Source of the DNA: a virus
Direction: 5' to 3' (one strand)
Length of the DNA stretch: 12,248 nt
Virus genome (UHGV): UHGV-0192790
This document shows positions 1-7,555 of the stretch, piece by piece. The position numbers were made by a program, and so were the translations under genes. Below the pieces are notes generated by a model, which did no database searches, was not told where the DNA came from, and worked only from the letters and a program-made list of their open reading frames with translations. Within the stretch, counting starts at the first letter, position 1, and each line of letters starts with the position of its first letter.

Positions 1-20
1 CAATAAACCACAATAACCAA

Positions 21-90
21 CATTTTTGTTGTCCCATTTTTGCCCCTTTTACGGCGTTTTGCCCCATTTTTGCCACCACAAAAAATCCTA
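21..90. repeat. Phased T-tract region with a 12 bp direct repeat (CCCATTTTTGCC at 33-44 and 63-74)
   Basis: T-runs centred near 24, 39, 48, 58 and 69 (about 10 bp periodicity) followed by an A6 run at 81-86, plus the repeated 12-mer. Lies downstream of the last tail gene on the minus strand. Confidence 0.5.
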
Positions 91-238
91 AACCACACAA
101 ATCTAAAACCTACAAATTGCCCCCTTGGATACTTTTCAATAGAATCTGTTCCGGCTGGAAATCATTCAATATTCGCACTATCGAAAGTTATCCAGCCAGC
201 CGCGGTACGTTCTTGCATACGACGTGCCGCGGCTTCTG

Positions 239-802
239 TTATTCTGGTACGAAATCCCTAACCGACTTCAAATCCTCCAGACTACTCAGCTCCTCTTTCA
301 TCTCACGCTGACGACGATAAATCTCGGCGTTGCGATCGACCTGCGCCTGCGCCATCGCGGCTGCCAGTTCTTCCAGTTCCGGCATCGACAGTTTCACCTG
401 TTGATTATCAGCGTCGCCCCACGCAAGGGCGGTTCGTGCCGTATCAGATTTTGCAGCCATTACCACCGGATAAAGACGAGCCATTGAGTCGGGGCCAGCG
501 TTCCAGGTGCGACCATTCCATTCGAACGTGAACGGCAGTGCCTCCTGTTCTGTGCGCCACGCCTCGATTTCCATCTTTTTGGCATCTTTTGCCGCTGCGA
601 TAAGTTCAGGCGTGACTGTAAACGGGGCGATTTCACCCCATTTGCCACTTTGCAGTTCCTGCCAGATTTGCTGGCCCGTCGGTGCGGTATCGTCTGCTGT
701 CGCTGTATACGGCAGGGCCTCGTCCATCCCCTCAAACAATACGTCGCAGTCAATCGCGCCGCTTTCCAGCCAGCGCGCATTTTCGATTTTTTTTACTTCC
801 AT
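239..802 (-). CDS. Putative tail-fibre accessory/chaperone protein (non-canonical; function uncertain)
   Basis: 187 aa ORF starting 8 nt after the stop of the 973 aa fibre gene. ATG at 802 preceded by AGGTGA about 4 nt upstream. Lacks the C-terminal EWP motif of classical Tfa, so the call rests mainly on position. Confidence 0.4.
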   Translation of the reverse strand: MEVKKIENARWLESGAIDCDVLFEGMDEALPYTATADDTAPTGQQIWQELQSGKWGEIAPFTVTPELIAAAKDAKKMEIEAWRTEQEALPFTFEWNGRTWNAGPDSMARLYPVVMAAKSDTARTALAWGDADNQQVKLSMPELEELAAAMAQAQVDRNAEIYRRQREMKEELSSLEDLKSVRDFVPE

Positions 803-809
803 AAATCAC

Positions 810-3731
810 CTACGCAACTCGTATAAACAGACCAATCATGACGCTGGCGGAACCGGCAGACCCCAGTCCATTCCCCGACAATGCCCGGTATGTGCCTGGC
901 ATTCCGCCACCGGAACCCTGAACATACACAGAAACACTGCCGTTGTATTTAACCCCGGTCCCGGTCGTACCGTAACACATCAATTCAACCGCACTCAGAC
1001 GTGACCCAGGATAGCTGTAACCTCGCTTTATTCTGCGGTCCGGGTCTGCGTTTCCCTGGCCGTTATATGCCGCCAGTATCAGGCTGCCAGTGCCGTACCA
1101 GGTATCTGTAGTTCCGGGAGCAAGGCCGGACAGAAGAGCAATAATGTCCTGCGAGGTTACCTTCAGTGATTCCCAGTCAATGAGATAACCATTTCCTGTG
1201 GTCCAGTAGCGGTTGTAATAAATGTGGCCATTAACACCATAGAAAATAATCGCCTTTGCTGTATTTATCGGACTCGGTGTGGCATATCTGGACTCAATCC
1301 ACCGAATACTGACAATCCCGCTGAACAGCACATTGGGTATAATTTTATTGCCACCCTCAACAAAATATTCTCCTGGCGTGACCTGTTTTACCCACACCAG
1401 AAAATCATTTTCTGAGTCAAAGCGGACAGTTTCGTTTGTGTTGAATATACGCCCAAAACCGAAGGCATCGGGAAGTGCCAGCCTGCCTTCCGTCCTGTCG
1501 CGAATATCACTCTGTGGCTCCATTGTGGCCGCCGCGCCCAGCGTGATATCGCCCCCTCCGAGCACGGAATGCCCGTTGATGCGCATAAAATCACAGGCAC
1601 GAAACTGTGGGATTTTTCCCCAGGCTGTAACGGATATGGCGGCGGCAACGTCGGCCACCGTGACGGCAGATGTCGCCCGGATTTGCAGGCGTCTGATGGC
1701 AGCCGTGGCTGCCGTCTGAGAAGTGGTGACCTTTGCCACAAAAGCAAAAAAATCACTCATGGCAAACGTATCAATGCCGTCGTAATTTGCCGTGAACAGG
1801 TCCGGGTAAGCACTCTGTATGGCGTCCAGAACCTGCCTGCCGTACCGTTCCACTTCTTCCTGTGTTTCCAGCACCCCAAAGCGCCACGGGGCCACAGAAA
1901 AACGGTCCTTATCAACAAAACGCCCTTCACCAGGCTCTGCCGGGTAATCCGTCTCGTTGTAATACGTCAGGAACCGTTTTTGTTCAGGTACAAACAACGC
2001 AAGCAGGCCAGCCCTGATGGTTTTCATGGCAGCGGTATATTCAGTTGCAGCAGTGGTATCTCCGGCAAGGTCAGCCAGTGTTTTCAGTGCACGTAAACCA
2101 GCATAAACCTCTGCGTTATCCTGACAAAAACACTGTGCATAAGCCCGGTCACCGGGTGCAAGATTGTGCTGGAATACGTTTACCAGACTGGCCACCGGAT
2201 TTATTTCAGCAACGATATTGAACTTTGCCACCTGTTTTATGATTTCCCAGCGGCTGGACCCGCCGATTCCGGCTGGCTCCTGTAACCAGGCACTGTCCGC
2301 AAATTCAGCAATGCAGGCGAACCAGAGCGCCGGGTAGCTGTCCGTGGAGTCCGGCGCAACGGGGGTATACAAATCCGGAGCCACATCCAGAAAAAAATAC
2401 TGCCATGCAGCCGGGATTCGGTTTGAGGGGCTTTTCAGGCACTCCAGCACAGCGGAGCCGGTCCGGACAAAATCTCCGGGGGCTACAGAGCTGATATCAG
2501 GCAACGTTTCCCCGGTGGTGCCCGCGATATTAACAAAAAAAAGCGTGCCGTTTATTGTCAGGCGCTGCCCGGCTTCATAACGGCAACCGGTCATAAACGG
2601 AACCACAAGCCCCAGTCTTAACGCCTTTTCGCAAATTGTCATACGGTCACTGAGGGAAAAGCATTTTCCTTCGCTTTCATACACGGCAAGAAACAGAAAA
2701 TACCAGTTGATACCACCGTTCGCATTCAGGTAGCGCCACAGCCCCTCGTAGCGCCCGCTGTTTATTCTCAACGCCTGTAGCTGAAGGTTCGCCTCTGTTA
2801 CCGAATAACGGGTTGATACTGAAAGGTGGTCATGAATGAATCCCTGCACATGCCCGGCCGCGTCTTTCGCCTCCTGAGCACTTATGGCGGCCGCGGCGGC
2901 ATTCTGACCGGTTTGTTTCGCATCCTCCGCAGTGGATTCCCTGTCCGCAGCCGTTGCAACCGCATTCTTTCTGGCTTCATCAGCAAAACGCTCTGCATCA
3001 TCACGCGCCGCTGCGGTTGCCTTCACATCCTGTGCGGTCTGCTGTGCACTTCCGGCAGCATTATCAGCGCAACTTTTCGCATTCTGCTCGCTCAGGGCGG
3101 CGTTATCCGCATTGTTTTTTGATTCCTCTGCGCTGGATGCTGAGTCATCTGCTGCCTGTTGAGCCTGCTTTACTGCATCTGTAACACTCTGCACACCCTG
3201 CTGTACCTGCCCGGCGTTCTGCTCAACTTCTGAGGCCAGCTGTGCAACGCGCTGTTTATCTTCGGCAACGGCTTCTGCATTCTGCTGTACGTTATCCGCC
3301 AGCATCTGGCAATCATCCTTAATCTTCTGCGCATCAGCTGCGTGTTGCCCGGACTGTCGTTCGCTTTCCGCTGCCGCTTCCGCGCTCTGCTGCGCCTGCG
3401 CCAACATTTCTTCGAAGCGTTTCACCACGTCGGGTTTGAGGTCGCCTTCATCAAGGGCAGTCAGAAAGTCGTTCAGCGTGCCGGGCTTTGAATCGTCGTA
3501 TACGGCAATGTCGCCAACACAGTACTCGTCGCGCCAGTCCTGTTTCAGATATACGCAGTATTTTCCGGTCTGCGCCTTAAAACAGTACTCGCCACAGTTT
3601 CCTGTCACCACATCAGCAACTGTGCGCATCACCACTTCTGACGTGTTTACCCGGGATTTCAGAATTATGTGGCATCCGGACATGGGGATGCCTGCGCCAT
3701 CAATCAGCGCACCTGATATCACTACAGACAT
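810..3731 (-). CDS. Tail fibre protein with lambda Stf-like N-terminal domain, long coiled-coil stalk and large C-terminal globular region
   Basis: 973 aa ORF. N-terminus MSVVISGALIDGAGIPMSGCHIILKSR...IAVYDDSKPGTLNDFL closely parallels the lambda side-tail-fibre N-terminus (MAVKISGVLKDGTGKP...ITVYEDSQPGTLNDFL). Residues about 110-300 are Ala/Gln/Glu/Asp-rich, typical of a fibre shaft. ATG at 3731, TAG at 810-812. Confidence 0.85.
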   Translation of the reverse strand: MSVVISGALIDGAGIPMSGCHIILKSRVNTSEVVMRTVADVVTGNCGEYCFKAQTGKYCVYLKQDWRDEYCVGDIAVYDDSKPGTLNDFLTALDEGDLKPDVVKRFEEMLAQAQQSAEAAAESERQSGQHAADAQKIKDDCQMLADNVQQNAEAVAEDKQRVAQLASEVEQNAGQVQQGVQSVTDAVKQAQQAADDSASSAEESKNNADNAALSEQNAKSCADNAAGSAQQTAQDVKATAAARDDAERFADEARKNAVATAADRESTAEDAKQTGQNAAAAAISAQEAKDAAGHVQGFIHDHLSVSTRYSVTEANLQLQALRINSGRYEGLWRYLNANGGINWYFLFLAVYESEGKCFSLSDRMTICEKALRLGLVVPFMTGCRYEAGQRLTINGTLFFVNIAGTTGETLPDISSVAPGDFVRTGSAVLECLKSPSNRIPAAWQYFFLDVAPDLYTPVAPDSTDSYPALWFACIAEFADSAWLQEPAGIGGSSRWEIIKQVAKFNIVAEINPVASLVNVFQHNLAPGDRAYAQCFCQDNAEVYAGLRALKTLADLAGDTTAATEYTAAMKTIRAGLLALFVPEQKRFLTYYNETDYPAEPGEGRFVDKDRFSVAPWRFGVLETQEEVERYGRQVLDAIQSAYPDLFTANYDGIDTFAMSDFFAFVAKVTTSQTAATAAIRRLQIRATSAVTVADVAAAISVTAWGKIPQFRACDFMRINGHSVLGGGDITLGAAATMEPQSDIRDRTEGRLALPDAFGFGRIFNTNETVRFDSENDFLVWVKQVTPGEYFVEGGNKIIPNVLFSGIVSIRWIESRYATPSPINTAKAIIFYGVNGHIYYNRYWTTGNGYLIDWESLKVTSQDIIALLSGLAPGTTDTWYGTGSLILAAYNGQGNADPDRRIKRGYSYPGSRLSAVELMCYGTTGTGVKYNGSVSVYVQGSGGGMPGTYRALSGNGLGSAGSASVMIGLFIRVA

Positions 3732-3754
3732 AGTTTTTCTCGCAATAAATTAAA

Positions 3755-4285
3755 TCAGGAAGAGGCTTCCGGAGAGACGGGCCATTCAATGGCGTTATAT
3801 GAGCTTTTATCAGCGATGGTGCTGAAATCCATCGCCTGCAGCGATTTCGCGTAAATGCGCCAGGCTGTCAGCTTTTCTTTTTCTTCATCACTGATGATTC
3901 CCAGAAGTAAATCCGTCTTCTTATCGGATATTTCCCGTTCGGCAATCGCAGTAAGACGTGCACGCTCCGACTCTGCCTGCTGCCGGTAGTCAACAGGGAC
4001 CGGCAGCACTTCACCGTCTTTATAATACCAGCGGGCTTCAATGCAAAATCCTTCCGGTAGTTCATCCACTTCCACAATGGTAAAACCAACGGGATAAAGA
4101 CGGGATGCATCTTCCGCCATGGAATAAATAACGCCGGTTTCAGGATGCGTGCACAGCTTGTATTTCTTCGTGAATTTATCCAGTGATTCATAAAAATCCT
4201 GCCCGTCTTCACTACGGAAATACTGAATGCCTTCACCATAAGGCATATCTTCAGGGTAGTAACGCGTAACGTTTACGAGTTCCAT
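3755..4285 (-). CDS. Tail fibre assembly protein (Tfa / P2 gpG / Mu U family)
   Basis: C-terminus ...YNAIEWPVSPE and internal ...EDGQDFYE..., ...DASRLYPVGFTIVEV..., ...RQQAESERARL... match the Tfa family pattern. The ATG at 4285 has a strong SD (AAGGAG, 6 nt spacer). The track ORF extends to 4321 but that extension overlaps the upstream gene and has no RBS. Stop TGA at 3755-3757. Confidence 0.85.
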   Translation of the reverse strand: MELVNVTRYYPEDMPYGEGIQYFRSEDGQDFYESLDKFTKKYKLCTHPETGVIYSMAEDASRLYPVGFTIVEVDELPEGFCIEARWYYKDGEVLPVPVDYRQQAESERARLTAIAEREISDKKTDLLLGIISDEEKEKLTAWRIYAKSLQAMDFSTIADKSSYNAIEWPVSPEASS

Positions 4286-4299
4286 TATTTTCTCCTTAA

Positions 4300-5682
4300 T
4301 TAACCTGATACGGATCGCCATGCACCATTAATATAAATCTGAGCCTGTTTGTAATACACGCCACCGATATTATCTGCAGAGTTACTGCCAGTGTCCTGAA
4401 CATTAATGCCTGACAAAACACAACCAGAAGGTGCCCGAAACGTCCAGCTGCGCTCATTCCCACCAGGGTTGTAAAACACCTCACTGGTGTACTGAAAATT
4501 CTGCACGCCCCCTGATTTGGTCTGGTAACGGGCATCAAAGTTTCCGTAGTCTGACGGTGTTACCCGCCCGGTAACGTTTACAGGTTTATTACTCTGGATA
4601 CTGCCAGCCTGAAAACGCAACACATGCACGCTATTGGCATAAACATCCAGCAGGCCATCACCATTCTGTTTCAGGCCGGTATCGTTATCCCCGAAAGCAA
4701 TTGAGTTTCCACCCAGCGCGTTCTGAACGCCGATACCCAGCGCACCATTGACCTGAGAACCGCCGCCAACAGACACTTTATGCGACATGGATATTTCACC
4801 CGTCCGCAGGTTAATAGTGAACGGACGAAGTGGACCAATATCGCCATTCTCGCCCTGACCTTCACTGGTAGGAATAAGGTGCAGGCACTCTTCCGAACGA
4901 CGAAAAATCAGACCAAAGGCTTCGTTGAAAATCCTCAGCGCATTAACTCCACGGATTTTCAGCCCCCCGGTCATCAAATCACCAGATTTTTTTACATATC
5001 GCAGATCAAAATCTGAATAGATATTGCCAGGGTTTATCACGCTGAAATAGCTTTTCTCGCTATCAAGAAGGCAAATCAAAGGAATACCCTTAATGATATC
5101 ATTCGCCACCAGCTCGGACTTGTTCCCCTTATAAAGTGGAAACGTACCAAGAACCTTTCCGCCCAGTGTCAATTGAAGCGTTGCGGCGTTGGTATTGTTC
5201 TGAACGGGGAAAACGATAATCGGGGTTCGTAGCGTCCAGTCCGAACCTCCATTAACAAAAAACGTCGCGGGAAGTTCCAGCGTCAGCGCGTTTGCAGTGC
5301 CACCAGCAACACCCGCAATATAATGACCGCTCTGAAGCTGCGCTATCTGTACGAAATAGTTTTCCGATCCACGCGTGGCAAAGTTAGCCACAACGTCATT
5401 AAGGGACCAACCTTTCGCGGTTGTTCCTTCCTGCCCACGAATGACTCTCAACACATCACCGCTTACCGATACCAGGTGACAAATCTCAAATGCAGACTCT
5501 TTATTATCGGTAAGCGTAATTTTTGCATAGACGCGTTGCCCGTTTGATTTATTTTCAAAATCAGCAGAAAGCAATTTTGCAAATTTAGCCCCTGTACCGG
5601 GCATTACCGGAATATCAGTCTGAATCGTGGTGATATCACCAGCCAGTGCTGAAACAACGTTATTGCCGAATCCAAGAATCAT
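4300..5682 (-). CDS. Tail fibre protein with P2 gpH / Mu S-type C-terminal receptor-binding region
   Basis: 460 aa. The segment NALGGNSIAFGDNDTGLKQNGDGLLDVYANS matches the conserved C-terminal region of P2 gpH-type fibres (as I recall it). Also contains an FDLRYVKKSGDLMTGGL motif typical of fibre proteins. Start ATG at 5682 overlaps the upstream stop as ATGA. Immediately followed by Tfa. Confidence 0.75.
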   Translation of the reverse strand: MILGFGNNVVSALAGDITTIQTDIPVMPGTGAKFAKLLSADFENKSNGQRVYAKITLTDNKESAFEICHLVSVSGDVLRVIRGQEGTTAKGWSLNDVVANFATRGSENYFVQIAQLQSGHYIAGVAGGTANALTLELPATFFVNGGSDWTLRTPIIVFPVQNNTNAATLQLTLGGKVLGTFPLYKGNKSELVANDIIKGIPLICLLDSEKSYFSVINPGNIYSDFDLRYVKKSGDLMTGGLKIRGVNALRIFNEAFGLIFRRSEECLHLIPTSEGQGENGDIGPLRPFTINLRTGEISMSHKVSVGGGSQVNGALGIGVQNALGGNSIAFGDNDTGLKQNGDGLLDVYANSVHVLRFQAGSIQSNKPVNVTGRVTPSDYGNFDARYQTKSGGVQNFQYTSEVFYNPGGNERSWTFRAPSGCVLSGINVQDTGSNSADNIGGVYYKQAQIYINGAWRSVSG

Positions 5683-6305
5683 TTTTGAATCACCGTTGTT
5701 GCATAGGAATAAATAAAAGGGAGTTTTACATACTTCTGGTCAATGGCATCTTTCAGAAAATAGCCTATACCATCACCATATTCTGGTATCTGAATAGAAA
5801 AAACACTGTCCGATACAGTCACGCTCACATCAAAAGTATGCTGCAACGGCGGGTCTATTCCGTTTTTCCCATGAATGAACCGCGCCACACGGCGCTTTAA
5901 CCAGTCAATGCAGAAATGCGAACCGTCAGCCTTATAAAAATTCCACGTTAATATTCGTTTGAAATAATCATCAGGGACATACGATGCCTGCCCCGGAACG
6001 TAATTCCGCATTGCTGCGTACGGGATCGTATTGTATTCAATGGTATCGTATGCACCGCGCGCAATAGCCTCCTCTGAAACCTGTAGTAAAGGTCTTTCAA
6101 CACCGTAAATACCAAGTGCTATCCAGTCCAGCAACTGCCCGGTTATTGATTCCGATGTCCAGCATGGCAATGCCAGATTGTTGAGTGAATCGAGGTATTC
6201 CTGAGCAATTTCATTGTATGCATCAAAGAACGCAACAACATTCGGATCATCTCTGTACTGCACAAACGGATAAGCAGGAAGTATTTTCTCAGTCAGATAT
6301 TGCAT
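5679..6305 (-). CDS. Putative baseplate wedge / tail-fibre connector protein (gpI/gp48-like by position)
   Basis: ORF between the J-like gene and the first fibre gene; stop TGA overlaps the fibre start (ATGA). The track start at 6362 would overlap the J-like gene by 74 nt and gives an odd N-terminus (MAIPIPIFRRWHHRFRSIS), so I prefer the in-frame ATG at 6305 (MQYLTEKILPAYPF...). Neither start has a strong SD. Family call is positional only. Confidence 0.4.
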   Translation of the reverse strand: MQYLTEKILPAYPFVQYRDDPNVVAFFDAYNEIAQEYLDSLNNLALPCWTSESITGQLLDWIALGIYGVERPLLQVSEEAIARGAYDTIEYNTIPYAAMRNYVPGQASYVPDDYFKRILTWNFYKADGSHFCIDWLKRRVARFIHGKNGIDPPLQHTFDVSVTVSDSVFSIQIPEYGDGIGYFLKDAIDQKYVKLPFIYSYATTVIQK

Positions 6306-7515
6306 ACTTATTGACCTGAACCTGTGATGCCACCGTCGAAAAATAGGAATAGGTATCGCCATAAACTAGGCTTGTGTCTTTTGCCGGAAGAACAATATGA
6401 CCGTTAATACCAATGCTCACACTGATTGTTGAGATCAACGTCGCATCAACCAGCAATTTTACGGAGCTGGTAAAAATATCCTGGATTCGCAGCAGATTTA
6501 TCGGGTGTCCGACTTCAATAGAATTGATGTAATCAGCAACGTTTTGCTGCACAGCCATAGCAATACCCGCCGGATCAACATAATCATCAGATACAGTGTT
6601 CCAGGTGATTAGCACCATGACGTTTTGTGATGACGGGATAACGAACGGCACCTGATAAACATCTGGCGAAACGGTTATTGAAACCGTGCGTTTTTCCACT
6701 GCCGCACCAGATGGATTGCTAACATCGTTGGTCAGTTTCGAAATATCCGGTACAGATTTGTAAATAGCATAAGCCACATCATACGGATCACCGCCACCAA
6801 CAACCGCAACCCATTTCCCCAGCGACGACTGCCGGAAAGAAATCAGGTTTTCTCGCACACCGCTTACTGATTTGAGCATCGCTTTAAAGCAATCCGGTGT
6901 TCCCTGCACACCAAACATGCCGGACTCCATGACTTCGGCGCGGTAAGATGCCCACGTTTGCGCCTCCTGACCTGGCATCCCTGCGGTAAGGTTCGTGCAT
7001 TTTACAGGCTGATCTTTGGGTACCGATGTAATGACCTGCGTTACGGTTCCTTCCGGTACAGCCCATGAGCCTGACGTTGTGGCCACACAGTAGACTGGCT
7101 CAGTCTGCCCGCTTTCCGGCACCACCGTATCGCGGGAAACTGCATACTGGTAGTTGCCGTCACCGACAACAAATCCTTTAGGGATACCAAACCCCGGCAA
7201 CGCCTCAAACACCACGTATACCGCCGTATTTGTACTTAATCCCTTCTGTGCTCCATAAATGTTTCCGAGTTGCATCAGTAACGGAATATTTGCGCCGTAT
7301 GGGCTTACGGAGTTAATAAGGTCCACCCGCGCCTGGTCTATTAATGCCAGCGCCCCGACTGCCGTGCTGGCAAGGTCAGTAATAAGCCCCGCCGGAAGGT
7401 TGGCTGTATATCCAGGTACTTTTTCAGCAACTCTGATGATAAGATTTGCAAGCAAATCATTGGGTGGCGTAGGCTGCGCCCCCGCACTGGTCATAGTAAT
7501 TGGTATTTCTGACAT
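6289..7515 (-). CDS. Baseplate J-like protein (P2 gpJ / Mu gp47 / T4 gp6 family), tentative
   Basis: 408 aa. Position upstream of the gpI-position and fibre genes. Internal pattern ...YCVATTSGSWAVPEGTVTQVITSVP... resembles the baseplate J family signature. ATG at 7515 preceded by GGAG with a 5 nt spacer. Confidence 0.5.
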   Translation of the reverse strand: MSEIPITMTSAGAQPTPPNDLLANLIIRVAEKVPGYTANLPAGLITDLASTAVGALALIDQARVDLINSVSPYGANIPLLMQLGNIYGAQKGLSTNTAVYVVFEALPGFGIPKGFVVGDGNYQYAVSRDTVVPESGQTEPVYCVATTSGSWAVPEGTVTQVITSVPKDQPVKCTNLTAGMPGQEAQTWASYRAEVMESGMFGVQGTPDCFKAMLKSVSGVRENLISFRQSSLGKWVAVVGGGDPYDVAYAIYKSVPDISKLTNDVSNPSGAAVEKRTVSITVSPDVYQVPFVIPSSQNVMVLITWNTVSDDYVDPAGIAMAVQQNVADYINSIEVGHPINLLRIQDIFTSSVKLLVDATLISTISVSIGINGHIVLPAKDTSLVYGDTYSYFSTVASQVQVNKYAISD

Positions 7516-7527
7516 ATTTACTCCATT

Positions 7528-7553
7528 AAAAAACCCGCTTTCGCGGGTTTTTT
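7528..7553 (-). terminator. Rho-independent (bidirectional) terminator downstream of the inserted nuclease gene
   Basis: AAAAAACCCGC-TTTC-GCGGGTTTTTT: GC stem 7534-7538 / 7543-7547 with a 4 nt loop, flanked by an A6 run (7528-7533) and a T6 run (7548-7553). It reads as hairpin plus U-run on both strands. Lies 2 nt after the TAA stop (7556-7558) of the inserted gene and directly abuts the RBS of the J-like gene. Confidence 0.8.
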
Positions 7554-7555
7554 AC

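Noticed and set aside
460-780. Minus-strand alternative-frame ORFs nested inside larger genes (460-780, 1388-1756, 3868-4239, 4296-4538, 4671-4865, 6884-7066, 9766-9963)
   Set aside because: They sit out of frame within better-supported longer ORFs on the same strand. The translations are basic and low-complexity, with no independent start signals.
507-1004. Plus-strand ORF (165 aa), and similar plus-strand ORFs at 40-261, 117-311, 224-487, 1224-1415, 1279-1719, 1569-2096, 2344-2580, 2826-3184, 3436-3753, 4780-5016, 5323-5547, 5646-5900, 7259-7573, 7875-8096, 8565-8789, 9542-9949, 10204-10894, 10740-11186, 11520-11833
   Set aside because: All lie antisense to long, motif-supported minus-strand genes, have no convincing RBS, and give low-complexity or Arg/Cys/His-rich translations typical of non-coding frames.
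2535-2542. A7-A8 homopolymer runs inside coding sequence (787-794, 1746-1752, 2391-2397, 2535-2542) as programmed frameshift or slippage sites
   Set aside because: The reading frames continue uninterrupted through each run and no alternative-frame extension is apparent. Most likely incidental codon composition (Phe/Lys codons).
239-5682. Invertible tail-fibre segment (Mu G / P1 C-segment type) with site-specific invertase
   Set aside because: Both fibre cassettes are co-oriented, no inverted partial fibre or Tfa copies are present, and no recombinase ORF is in the window.
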